A stretch of 64,000 nucleotides of DNA from an uncultured Alphaproteobacteria bacterium (GTDB lineage: Bacteria > Pseudomonadota > Alphaproteobacteria > Rhizobiales > Xanthobacteraceae): positions 198,308-262,307 of the forward strand of contig CAVZIQ010000003.1 of assembly GCA_963775515.1 (NCBI GenBank), read 5' to 3'. The notes beneath the pieces are model-generated. The model ran no database searches. It was not told the origin of the DNA and worked only from the letters and a program-made list of their open reading frames with translations. Each line of letters begins with the position of its first letter. The stretch's first letter is position 1. Position numbers and translations under genes: made by a program. Shown here piece after piece: positions 8,954-18,133 of this stretch.

Positions 8954-8967
8954 TTGATCTAGGTCAA
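8954..8967. promoter_or_regulatory. FixK/Fnr box upstream of ccoN
   Basis: 'TTGATCTAGGTCAA' matches TTGA-N6-TCAA exactly. It lies about 75 nt upstream of the proposed ccoN start. Confidence 0.8.
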
Positions 8968-9035
8968 CGTCAGCCGCGCCCGCGCATGTTTTGAGGGCTG
9001 ATAAAGCAAAATCCTCGCTGGTACGGGCCCGCCAC

Positions 9036-10685
9036 ATGACTCCATCGCACGTGCAACCGAAACTTATGACGCTGGGAGAAGGCGGCTTGGCGGCCGCCAT
9101 GACCGCGCTCGCTTTCCTTTCCATCGTCGTCGCCGCCAAAGCCTACACCCCGGAATACGCGTTTCACGCCTATCTGTTCGCCGCGGCAAGCGTCGCTTCG
9201 GTGTTTGTCATCGTCAATCGCTATTTCGAGCGCAGCCCCGAGGCTCCGCCGCTCGAAATCGACGGCAAGCCGAACTACAATATGGGACCGGTCAAGCTGG
9301 CGACCTTGCTCTCCGTTTTTTGGGGCATCGTCGGCATGACAGTGGGCCTTTGGATCGCGCTCGAGCTTGCCTATCCGGCGCTCAACTTCGGTCTTGCTTA
9401 TATTTCTTTCGGCCGCCTGCGCCCGCTGCACACCTCCGCCGTGATTTTCGCGTTCGGCGGCAATGTGCTGCTCGCAACCTCGTTCTACGTGGTGCAGCGC
9501 ACCTGCCGCGCGCGGCTCGTCGGCGACCTGGCGCCGTGGTTCGTTATCCTCGGCTACAATTTCTTCATCATCATTGCCGGCACCGGCTATCTCCTCGGCA
9601 TCACGCAATCCAAGGAATATGCCGAACCGGAATGGTATGCCGATCTTTGGCTGACGATCGTCTGGGTCACCTATCTGCTAATCTTCATGGGCACGCTGAT
9701 GCGGCGCAAAGAGCCGCATATCTACGTCGCCAATTGGTTCTATCTCGCCTTCATTATCACCATCGCGGTTTTGCACGTCACCAACAATGCCGCGATTCCG
9801 GTGTCGTTGTTCTCGTCGAAATCCTACATCGTGTGGGCCGGCGTTCAAGACGCCATGGTGGAATGGTGGTACGGCCACAACGCGGTGGGCTTTTTCCTCA
9901 CCGCGGGATTCCTCGGGATCATGTATTACTTCATCCCGAAGCGCGCCGAGCGGCCGGTCTATAGCTATCGCCTCTCCATCATTCACTTCTGGGCGCTGAT
10001 CTTCCTCTACATCTGGGCCGGTCCGCATCACCTGCACTACACGGCGCTGCCGGATTGGACGCAAACGCTCGGCATGACGTTTTCAATCATGCTGTGGATG
10101 CCGTCCTGGGGCGGCATGATCAACGGACTGATGACGCTGTCCGGCGCGTGGGACAAGCTGCGTACCGACCCGGTGCTGCGCATGATGGTGCTGTCGGTCG
10201 CGTTCTACGGCATGGCCACTTTCGAAGGACCGGTAATGTCCATCAAAGAGGTCAATTCGCTGTCGCACTACACCGACTGGACCATCGGTCACGTGCATTC
10301 CGGGGCGCTCGGCTGGGTCGGCTTCATTTCGTTCGGCGCGATCTATTGCCTGGTGCCGTGGCTGTGGAACCGGCCGCTGTATTCGCTGCGGCTGGTGAAC
10401 TGGCATTTCTGGATCGCGACCATCGGTATCGTCGTCTACGTCACCTCGATGTGGGTGTCGGGTATCCTTCAAGGGTTGATGTGGCGCTCCTACACCGGTC
10501 TCGGCTTCCTCGAATATTCCTTCATCGAGACGGTGCAGGCGATGCATCCGTTCTACGTGATCCGCGCGCTGGGCGGCTCGCTGTTCCTCGCCGGCGCTCT
10601 GATCATGGCCTTCAATGTGTGGCGGACGATCTATCCGCCGCGTCAAGAGCTGGTGCCGGCCGCCGGCCTGGCTCCGGCCGAGTAG
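9036..10685 (+). CDS. ccoN: cbb3-type cytochrome c oxidase subunit I (CcoN/FixN)
   Basis: 12-TM heme-copper oxidase pattern ('[12 protein letters not shown]', 'HHLHYTALP', '[13 protein letters not shown]'). The listed ORF start at 8991 would lie about 24 nt downstream of the FixK box, leaving no room for a promoter and leader. The ATG at 9036 is preferred. Confidence 0.95.
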   Translation: MTPSHVQPKLMTLGEGGLAAAMTALAFLSIVVAAKAYTPEYAFHAYLFAAASVASVFVIVNRYFERSPEAPPLEIDGKPNYNMGPVKLATLLSVFWGIVGMTVGLWIALELAYPALNFGLAYISFGRLRPLHTSAVIFAFGGNVLLATSFYVVQRTCRARLVGDLAPWFVILGYNFFIIIAGTGYLLGITQSKEYAEPEWYADLWLTIVWVTYLLIFMGTLMRRKEPHIYVANWFYLAFIITIAVLHVTNNAAIPVSLFSSKSYIVWAGVQDAMVEWWYGHNAVGFFLTAGFLGIMYYFIPKRAERPVYSYRLSIIHFWALIFLYIWAGPHHLHYTALPDWTQTLGMTFSIMLWMPSWGGMINGLMTLSGAWDKLRTDPVLRMMVLSVAFYGMATFEGPVMSIKEVNSLSHYTDWTIGHVHSGALGWVGFISFGAIYCLVPWLWNRPLYSLRLVNWHFWIATIGIVVYVTSMWVSGILQGLMWRSYTGLGFLEYSFIETVQAMHPFYVIRALGGSLFLAGALIMAFNVWRTIYPPRQELVPAAGLAPAE

Positions 10686-10696
10686 GGGGATCGCAG

Positions 10697-11437
10697 ATGT
10701 CCACTTCGCTTTGGCAGAAACACGGGATCCTCGAACGCAACTCGATCCTGTTGCTGGTCGGTATTCTGATCGTGATCGCCATCGGCGGCCTCGTGGAAGT
10801 CATACCCTTGTTCTACCTGAAGAGCACGATCGAGACCGCCGACGGCATGCGGCCTTACACGCCGCTCGAACTTGCCGGCCGCAACATCTACGTCAGCGAG
10901 GGCTGTTATTTGTGCCACTCGCAGATGATCCGGGCGCTGCGCGACGAGGTCGAGCGCTATGGCCACTACTCGCTCGCCGCCGAGAGCCAATACGATCACC
11001 CGTTCCAATGGGGCTCGAAACGCAACGGCCCGGATTTGGCGCGGGTCGGCGGCAAATATTCCGACGACTGGCACCGTGATCACCTGAACAATCCGCGCGC
11101 GGTGGTCCCGGGATCGATCATGCCGGCCTATCCGTGGCTGTTCACCACCGATCTCGACTATTCGCACATCGCGCAGGATATGAAGGTCCAGTCGGATCTC
11201 GGCGTGCCGTACACCGATGCGATGATCGACAGCGCACTCGCCGACGTTCGCACGCAGGCGACCGACAACGCGCCGGATGCCGACGCGCTCGCCAAGCGCT
11301 ACCCGAAGGCACAAGCCCGCGATTTCGACGGCAACCCGGACCGCGTCACCGACGCCGACGCGCTGATCGCTTACCTGCAGATGCTGGGAACGCTGGTCGA
11401 CTTCAGGCTCTACAACGACAAAGCAAATATCCGCTGA
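10697..11437 (+). CDS. ccoO: cbb3 oxidase monoheme subunit II (CcoO/FixO)
   Basis: '[16 protein letters not shown]...' with TM anchor, heme motif 'CYLCHSQ' and '[22 protein letters not shown]'. Internal ATG of listed ORF 10055..11437. Confidence 0.95.
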   Translation: MSTSLWQKHGILERNSILLLVGILIVIAIGGLVEVIPLFYLKSTIETADGMRPYTPLELAGRNIYVSEGCYLCHSQMIRALRDEVERYGHYSLAAESQYDHPFQWGSKRNGPDLARVGGKYSDDWHRDHLNNPRAVVPGSIMPAYPWLFTTDLDYSHIAQDMKVQSDLGVPYTDAMIDSALADVRTQATDNAPDADALAKRYPKAQARDFDGNPDRVTDADALIAYLQMLGTLVDFRLYNDKANIR

Positions 11438-11447
11438 GGAGACGATC

Positions 11448-11603
11448 GTGTCGCCAACCTACGCCTTCTTCTCGCATTTCGCCCAGACCTGGGGGCTGAT
11501 CTACTTCCTCCTGATTTTCCTCGTGGTGCTCGTCTACGCACTATGGCCATCGAAGCAAAAAGAGTTCGACGAGTCGGCACGCGTGCCGCTGCGGGAGGAT
11601 TGA
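11448..11603 (+). CDS. ccoQ: cbb3 oxidase small subunit CcoQ/FixQ (51 aa, below the ORF-track cutoff)
   Basis: GTG start 5 nt after the GAGGAG Shine-Dalgarno. Hand translation 'SPTYAFFSHFAQTWGLIYFLLIFLVVLVYALWPSKQKEFDESARVPLRED'. Single TM. Fills the ccoO-ccoP gap exactly. Confidence 0.8.
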   Translation: MSPTYAFFSHFAQTWGLIYFLLIFLVVLVYALWPSKQKEFDESARVPLRED

Positions 11604-11604
11604 T

Positions 11605-12477
11605 ATGACCGACCGCAGCGAGCACGCCAAAGAGCATCAGCACGGCACCACCGGCCACGAATGGGACGGCATTCATGAGTTGAATACGCCGCTGCCGCGC
11701 TGGTGGCTGTGGTTGTTCTACGCGACCATCGTCTGGGCGGTCGGCTATTGGGTGGTCTATCCGGCCTGGCCGCTGGTATCGTCCTATACCAACGGCGCTT
11801 TCAATTGGCATGCGCGCTCCGCGGTCGCGACCGATCTCGCGGCGCTGCAGGAAGAGCGCCAGCCGATGATGGCCAAACTCGCGGCCGCTTCGCTGCAACA
11901 AATCGAAACGACGCCGCAACTGCTCGACTTCGCCCGTGCGCTCGGCGGCCGCGCCTTCGCCGACAATTGTGCGCCGTGCCATGGCGCCGGCGGCGGCGGC
12001 GCCAAGGGCTATCCCAATCTCGTCGATAACGACTGGCTGTGGGGCGGCACGCTCGCCGATATCCAGCAAACCATCACGCACGGCGCGCGTTCCGGCGACG
12101 ACCAGGGCCATCAAGGGTCGATGCCGGCATTCGGCCGCGATGGCATGCTCAAGCGCGACGACATTGTGACCGTCGCCAATTACGTGCGCTCGCTGTCGGG
12201 GCTTTCGACGACGCCCGGCGCCGATCTCGCTGCCGGCGCGAAAGTCTTCGCCGCGAATTGCGCCGTTTGTCACGGACCGCAAGGCAAGGGCAACCGCTCG
12301 GTCGGCGCGCCGAACCTGACCGATCAGATCTGGCTCTACGGGTCCGACACCGACACGATTATCGACGGCATCTGGAACGGCCACGGCGGCGTGATGCCGG
12401 CCTGGGGCGGGAAGCTCGATCCGGTGACCATCAAGGCGCTGGCGGTTTACGTTCACACCTTCGGCGGCGGAGAGTGA
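11605..12477 (+). CDS. ccoP: cbb3 oxidase diheme subunit III (CcoP/FixP)
   Basis: TM anchor plus two heme motifs 'CAPCHG' and 'CAVCHG'. Confidence 0.95.
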   Translation: MTDRSEHAKEHQHGTTGHEWDGIHELNTPLPRWWLWLFYATIVWAVGYWVVYPAWPLVSSYTNGAFNWHARSAVATDLAALQEERQPMMAKLAAASLQQIETTPQLLDFARALGGRAFADNCAPCHGAGGGGAKGYPNLVDNDWLWGGTLADIQQTITHGARSGDDQGHQGSMPAFGRDGMLKRDDIVTVANYVRSLSGLSTTPGADLAAGAKVFAANCAVCHGPQGKGNRSVGAPNLTDQIWLYGSDTDTIIDGIWNGHGGVMPAWGGKLDPVTIKALAVYVHTFGGGE

Positions 12478-12480
12478 CGG

Positions 12481-14058
12481 ATGTGCCCCGGTTGCTCATC
12501 GGTGCTCGCTATCGAAGGCTTGAATGCGGAGCGGCCGGGGCCGCCGCTTGCCGACCTCGCCGAGAGCGCAAAGCTTGCGCCGCAGCGGCCGGCCGCAACC
12601 GAACCGCAACTGCACGACGATAATCCTGGCGACAACCCCGACGATGAGCCGCTCTATGCCGCGCGCAAGAAGATCTATCCGCAGCATGTGACCGGCACGT
12701 TTCGCCGCGTGAAATGGGCGGTGCTCATCGTCACGCTCGGCATCTACTACTTCCTGCCGTTCATCCGCTGGGATCGCGGCCCGAACGCGCCGAGCCAGGC
12801 GGTGCTGCTCGACATTCCCGGCCGGCGTTTCTATTTTTTCTTCATCGAGATCTGGCCGCAGGAAGTCTATTACCTGACCGGGCTCCTGATCCTTGCGGCA
12901 ATGACGCTGTTCCTGATGAATGCGCTCGCCGGGCGGGTGTGGTGCGGCTATCTGTGTCCGCAAACGGTGTGGACCGATCTGTTCGTCACCATCGAACGCT
13001 GGATCGAAGGCGACCGGCGCGAACATCTTTTGCGCGATCGGCAACCGTGGACGTTCGAGCGCGCCGCGCGCAGCGTTTCCAAGCATTTCTGGTGGCTGAT
13101 GATCGCGTGGTGGACCGGCGGCGCCTGGGTTCTGTATTTCGCCGACGCGCCGACCTTGGTGAAGAACTTGGCGACGTTTCAGGCCCCGATCGCGGCTTAT
13201 ATTTTTATCGGCCTGCTGACGTTTACGACCTACGCGCTGGCCGGTTGGATGCGCGAGCAGGTCTGCGTCTATATGTGTCCTTGGCCGCGCATCCAGGCGG
13301 CCTTGACCGATGAATACGCGCTCAACGTCACCTATCGTTACGATCGCGGCGAGCCGCGCGCCTCGCTGAAGAAGGCCGCGACGCTGCATGAGCATGGCCA
13401 GCCGGCCGGCGACTGCATCGACTGCCTGCAATGCGTGCACGTCTGTCCGACCGGAGTCGATATCCGCAACGGCCCCGATCTCGGCTGCATCCAATGCGGG
13501 CTGTGCATTGACGCTTGCGACGCGGTGATGGCGAAGATCGGCCGGCCGACGCGTCTGATCGCCTACGATACCGACATCAACATCAGAAACCGCCAGCAGG
13601 GCAAGCCGGCATTCTATCGGCTCGTACGCTCGCGCACGGTGCTCTATGCCGTGATTATCGTGCTTGTCGGCGCGATCATGACCTATGCGCTGGCGACGCG
13701 ACACAGTGACAGCGTCAGCGTCATTCACGACCGCAACCCGATATTCGTCCGTCTTTCCGACGGCGCGTTGCGCAACGGCTACACCATCCGCATTCTCAAC
13801 AAGACGCTTGATGCGCAAAGCTACGCGCTCAAGATTTCCGGTCTGCCCGACGCCGAGCTCGACGTCATCGGCAGCGAAGGAAATTCCGGCGGCAATCCCG
13901 TCATCTATGTCGGTCCCGATCAAAGCCGCGAAATGCGCGTGCTGGTGACGACGCATCAAAAACTCGAAGCGGACGCCTCGATCCCTCTGACTTTCACCGT
14001 GGTTCCCGTCGACGGCGGCGTCGCGGCAAACGCCGCCGATCATTTCCTGGGACCATAA
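12481..14058 (+). CDS. ccoG: cbb3 oxidase maturation ferredoxin CcoG/FixG
   Basis: 'YPQHVTGTFRRVKW', TM segments, two 4Fe-4S motifs 'CIDCLQCVHVCP' and 'CIQCGLCIDACD'. Exact start uncertain. Confidence 0.92.
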   Translation: MCPGCSSVLAIEGLNAERPGPPLADLAESAKLAPQRPAATEPQLHDDNPGDNPDDEPLYAARKKIYPQHVTGTFRRVKWAVLIVTLGIYYFLPFIRWDRGPNAPSQAVLLDIPGRRFYFFFIEIWPQEVYYLTGLLILAAMTLFLMNALAGRVWCGYLCPQTVWTDLFVTIERWIEGDRREHLLRDRQPWTFERAARSVSKHFWWLMIAWWTGGAWVLYFADAPTLVKNLATFQAPIAAYIFIGLLTFTTYALAGWMREQVCVYMCPWPRIQAALTDEYALNVTYRYDRGEPRASLKKAATLHEHGQPAGDCIDCLQCVHVCPTGVDIRNGPDLGCIQCGLCIDACDAVMAKIGRPTRLIAYDTDINIRNRQQGKPAFYRLVRSRTVLYAVIIVLVGAIMTYALATRHSDSVSVIHDRNPIFVRLSDGALRNGYTIRILNKTLDAQSYALKISGLPDAELDVIGSEGNSGGNPVIYVGPDQSREMRVLVTTHQKLEADASIPLTFTVVPVDGGVAANAADHFLGP

Positions 14059-14069
14059 CGGAGCAATCG

Positions 14070-14585
14070 ATGACCCAATTTGGCCGGCAGGAGACGGAAC
14101 GGGGCAGGCCGCCGCGGCGGTGGACTGGCTGGACGATATTGCTCTCGCTTCTCGGTTTTTTCGGCGTCGTCTTCGCCGTCAACGGCGTGATGATTTACGA
14201 GGCGCTGTCGACATTGAGCGGCGTCGATACCGACAGCGCTTATCAGGCCGGCCTCATGTACGAGCAGAGCGTCGCGATGGCCAAGGCACAAGACGAGCGG
14301 CACTGGCGCGTCGATGCCAAGCTGACGCCGTCGCCGGCCGGCGAACGGCTGGACGTGAATGCCCGCGATGCCGCCGGTCAACCGCTCGGCGGCATCGAGG
14401 CTTCCGCCATTTTCGAACGCCCGACCGACCGGCGTCTGGATCGGAGCGTCGTGCTGGTCGAGGATGCGGCAGGGCGCTTCCACGGCAGCGCCGACGTCAC
14501 GGTCGGGCAATGGGATCTCGTCATCGAGCTGACGCATCACGGCGAGCAGCTATTCCGATCGAGGAACCGCGTCATGTTGAAGTGA
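14070..14585 (+). CDS. ccoH: CcoH/FixH
   Basis: N-terminal TM 'WTILLSLLGFFGVVFAVNGVMIY'. Correct size and position between ccoG and ccoI. Confidence 0.85.
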   Translation: MTQFGRQETERGRPPRRWTGWTILLSLLGFFGVVFAVNGVMIYEALSTLSGVDTDSAYQAGLMYEQSVAMAKAQDERHWRVDAKLTPSPAGERLDVNARDAAGQPLGGIEASAIFERPTDRRLDRSVVLVEDAAGRFHGSADVTVGQWDLVIELTHHGEQLFRSRNRVMLK

Positions 14586-14594
14586 GCGCCACAC

Positions 14595-16912
14595 ATGGCC
14601 GAAACGCTTGATCTGTCGCAATTCGTTGAGTTGAGCGACGCCGGCGCGGCGCACATGACGCTCGCCGTCGACGGCGTCGCGTGCGCCGGCTGCATCCGCA
14701 AGATCGAGAGCGGGCTGACCAAGCTGCCGGGAGTGGTCGACGCGCGGCTGAACTTCACCCAGCGCCGTCTTGCCGTCGATTGGCGCGACAATGAGATCGG
14801 CGCCGCGGACATCATGAAGGCGCTTGAAGACATCGGCTACCACGCCCATCCGTTCGCGCCCGAACGCGCCGAGGCCGACGACAGCCGCCGGCCAAGTGGC
14901 TGTTGAAATGTCTCGCGGTCGCCGGCTTTGCGGCGATGAACGTCATGCTGCTGTCGATCTCGGTGTGGTCGGGCAATGTATCCGACATGACGCAGGTGAC
15001 GCGCGATCTGTTCCACTGGCTCTCCGCGCTGATCGCGTTGCCGGCGGCCGCTTACGCGGGGCAGCCGTTCTTTCGAAGCGCTTGGCGCGCCTTGCGTAGG
15101 CGCGAGCTGAACATGGATGTGCCGATCACGGTCGGCGTCACGCTGGCGCTCGCTCTGTCGCTCTACGAGACCGCGACGCATTCCGTCCATGCCTATTTCG
15201 ATTCCGCGCTCATGCTGTTGTTCTTTTTGTTGTGCGGCCGCTACCTCGATCTGGCGATGCGGCGCAAGACCAAAGTGTTTGCCGGCAATCTCGCCTCGTT
15301 CAAGGCGGAGTTCGCGCACCGGCTCGACGGTAACGGCGAATTGACCCGGCTGCCGGTCTCCGGCCTGGTGCCCGGCGACCGCGTGCTGGTCCGGCCCGGC
15401 GAGCTCATTCCGGCCGACGGCGTCATTCTCACCGGCTCGTCGGCAATCGACGAGAGCCTGGTAACGGGCGAGACCGTGCCGCGCGCCATCGCGACGGGAG
15501 CGACGGTTTACGCCGGAAGCATCAATGGCTCCGGCGCGCTCACCTTGAAAGTCGTCGTCGCCGGCGCCGGCACGCTGGTCGATGAGGTGGAGCGGCTTCT
15601 CGACAAGGCGACGGCGGCCAAGTCACGCACGGTGCGCCTTGCCGATCGCGCGGCGCGGCTCTATGCGCCCGTGGTCCATACGGCGGCGGCTCTCACCTGC
15701 GTCGGCTGGTTGATCGCCGGTGCGTCGCTGCACGATGCCATCGTCACCGCCATTGCCGTGCTCATCATCACCTGCCCCTGCGCCATCGCGCTGGCCATTC
15801 CCGCGGTGCAAGTGGTGGCGGCGGGTCAACTGTTCCGGTCCGGCGTCATTCTCAATTGCGGCGATGCGATCGAGCGGCTGGCCGAGATCGACACCGTCGT
15901 CTTCGACAAGACCGGCACGCTGACGCTTCCCGATCCCGCTGTCGATGCAACCTCGATCGATCCCGATCTCCTGGAACGCGCGGCGCGGCTTGCTTTGTCG
16001 AGCCATCACCCGCTGGCGGCAGCTTTGGCGCGCCAGGCGCGCGAGCGCGCGCCTTATCCGGGCGCGGTGGAAGAGCCGGGACGCGGCGTGCGTGCACTAA
16101 TCGAGGGCGGGGAAGCCCGCCTCGGCAGCGCAGTATTTTGTGGCCTTGGCGATGCGGCGTCGCAGGCCGTGCGCGATCGCGACGCTTCTTGCATCGCCTT
16201 TACGCATGCCGGCCGGACGGCGGTCATCCCGATCCGGCAGAGCCTGCGGCCCGATGCCGTTGCCGTGACGCAAGCACTCGTGGCGCGCGGCCTCGATCTC
16301 ATGGTGCTCTCGGGCGACCGGCCGGAGGCGGTCCGTCCGGTGGCGGAACGCCTTGGACTTAAGCAATGGCTTGCGGCTTTGACGCCGACGGAAAAAATCG
16401 CGGTCATCGAGCTTTTGAAGTCGCAGGGCCGCCGCGTTCTGATGGTCGGCGATGGATTAAATGACGCGCCCGCGCTCGCCGCCGCTCACGCCTCGCTGTC
16501 GCCGATCACGGCCGCGCATCTCACTCAGGCGCATGCCGACGCGCTTTTTCTGGGCGACCGTCTCGCGCCGGTGCTGCGCGCCGTCATGCTGGCGCGGCGC
16601 GCGCGCGACCTGATGCGGCAGAATCTTGCGCTCGCGGTGGTCTACAATGCGATCGCCGTGCCGATCGCGGTGGCGGGCCTGGTCACGCCGCTGATCGCGG
16701 CGCTGGCCATGTCGGGTTCGTCGATCCTGGTGACGTTGAACGCCTTGCGCGCGCGGCTCGCCGCGCCGCCGTCATTATCCGCGCAGGCCGACGGTCCAGT
16801 CACCGGGCGCGGTGACGGATTGATCGCGGGCGCCTCGGATGCTGGATGTCCCGCCGCCGCGGGCGCTGACAGCATGGCGCAAAACGGCGTCGGATTGGAG
16901 TTCGTGCCGTGA
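14595..16912 (+). pseudogene. ccoI: Copper-translocating P1B-type ATPase CcoI/FixI, reading frame broken near nt 14885-14903 (frameshift or assembly error)
   Basis: The HMA domain with 'GVACAGC' is in ORF 14595..14906. The ATPase body ('CPC', 'DKTGTLT', 'GDGLNDAP') is in ORF 14903..16912 in a different frame. Homology-like sequence 'AKWLLKCLAVAGF' continues upstream of the second ORF's TTG start. Confidence 0.75.
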
Positions 16913-17058
16913 ATGTCCTGATCTATCTCGTGCCGCTGGCGCTTTTGCTCGGTCTGACCGGGCTCGTCGGTTTCATGTGGACGCTCAAACACGGCCAATA
17001 CGATGATCTTGAGGGCGCCGCGGTTCGCATCCTGCCTGACGACGACATTGAGACCTAG
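16909..17058 (+). CDS. ccoS: CcoS/FixS (49 aa, below the ORF-track cutoff)
   Basis: The GTG start overlaps the ccoI stop (GTGA). Hand translation 'MNVLIYLVPLALLLGLTGLVGFMWTLKHGQYDDLEGAAVRILPDDDIET' matches the CcoS pattern. Confidence 0.8.
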   Translation: MNVLIYLVPLALLLGLTGLVGFMWTLKHGQYDDLEGAAVRILPDDDIET

Positions 17059-17067
17059 CACCGGCGC

Positions 17068-18072
17068 CTAATGCGTCTTGCCGGCCGGCTGCGGAGTGTA
17101 TGTCGCCCGTTGTTCCACGCGACAGACGTTTTCTATTTTATCGCCGCGTAAGCGCGTCAGGACGCGTGGCGGCATGGTCTGCTGCTCGGCCATTCCGCCG
17201 TCGATTTCGATAAGGTTCTGTCCGTCCGCCCGAACGACAAAAGCATTCGAACCGTGGCAGTTCGTCATGTCCTCTTGCGCGGCGAGAAGCGCGGTGTTGC
17301 GCGGACTGTTTTCGATGTCCTGGCCGTGCAGCAACACCACGCCGGCCGCATGGCATCCAGCCCCGGCGCTGCTCTCGTATGCGAAATAGCCGACCGCGAC
17401 GGGAGCGGCGGCCGGATCCAGCTTTATATTCAAATAGCGCGCGATAGAGGGACTGAACGGGCCAGGAAGATCGAGCGTCGAGGCGTCCGCCACGGTGATT
17501 TCGTTCGCGAGCTTTCGGGTCGGCAGTTTTTGCAACGGTTTGCCGGCGCGGACTTCCTTACAGAGCGCAGGCGCATGGTCTTCGGTCAGCGCCGCCGAAT
17601 AATGCCGCTTGAACTGGCAAAGCTCGCCACCGTCGGGTTTGACAACGTCATACGGTCCATCGTCTGCCTCGTAGACGACGTAATACGCGCCCTTGAACCG
17701 AAAGATGCGCGGAATCGTTCCGAGCTCCATGTCTTGGCCGATCGAACCATAAAAATTCACTTCGCTGCTTGGTGCGGCCGCTTGCTCGGCGGCCGATAGC
17801 GGCTTGGTGCTGGCGACGATGCTATGCACATGGGCCGTGCCCTGCTCGATGATGTAGACGTGGCGCAATTTGCCGTCGCCGGCGATATCGACCGGATCCG
17901 GGTAGCCCCAAAGTTTGCTTTGATCGCCGCGATTGTAAGCTGCCGCGATATAGGAGCAGACGTCGCCAGTGGCGGATGCGGCCGGCGGTTGCGCGGCGGC
18001 ACAAAGCTTCGAACTCGCTACCGTGCAACAGAACGCGGCGAGAGCAACAATCGCGACAGCAAGCGCTTTCAT
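17068..18072 (-). CDS. Secreted protein of unknown function
   Basis: Signal peptide 'MKALAVAIVALAAFCCTVASS' at the internal ATG at 18072. Lies 61 nt downstream of the Pat-like gene on the same strand. Confidence 0.6.
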   Translation of the reverse strand: MKALAVAIVALAAFCCTVASSKLCAAAQPPAASATGDVCSYIAAAYNRGDQSKLWGYPDPVDIAGDGKLRHVYIIEQGTAHVHSIVASTKPLSAAEQAAAPSSEVNFYGSIGQDMELGTIPRIFRFKGAYYVVYEADDGPYDVVKPDGGELCQFKRHYSAALTEDHAPALCKEVRAGKPLQKLPTRKLANEITVADASTLDLPGPFSPSIARYLNIKLDPAAAPVAVGYFAYESSAGAGCHAAGVVLLHGQDIENSPRNTALLAAQEDMTNCHGSNAFVVRADGQNLIEIDGGMAEQQTMPPRVLTRLRGDKIENVCRVEQRATYTPQPAGKTH

Positions 18073-18133
18073 CCGGACGGTGAAGTTTGGTTCTGGTCCG
18101 GCGGCCGAAGCCGCCAACTCATGAATAGCCAGA

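Noticed and set aside
12496-14043. Very long antisense ORFs opposite recognised genes. Examples: 12496..14043(-) vs ccoG; 18974..20746(+) vs the Pat-like gene; 28157..29530(+) vs glmM; 34381..35691(-); 36350..37780(-) and 38099..39007(-) vs the coxL-like gene; 44135..45328(-); 45514..46713(+); 48586..49833(-); 50993..52849(+); 42842..43891/42879..43958(+).
   Set aside because: Typical high-GC shadow ORFs. They are Arg/Gly/Ala/Pro-rich with low-complexity translations and no motifs, while the opposite strand carries clear domain signatures and sensible start/Shine-Dalgarno context.
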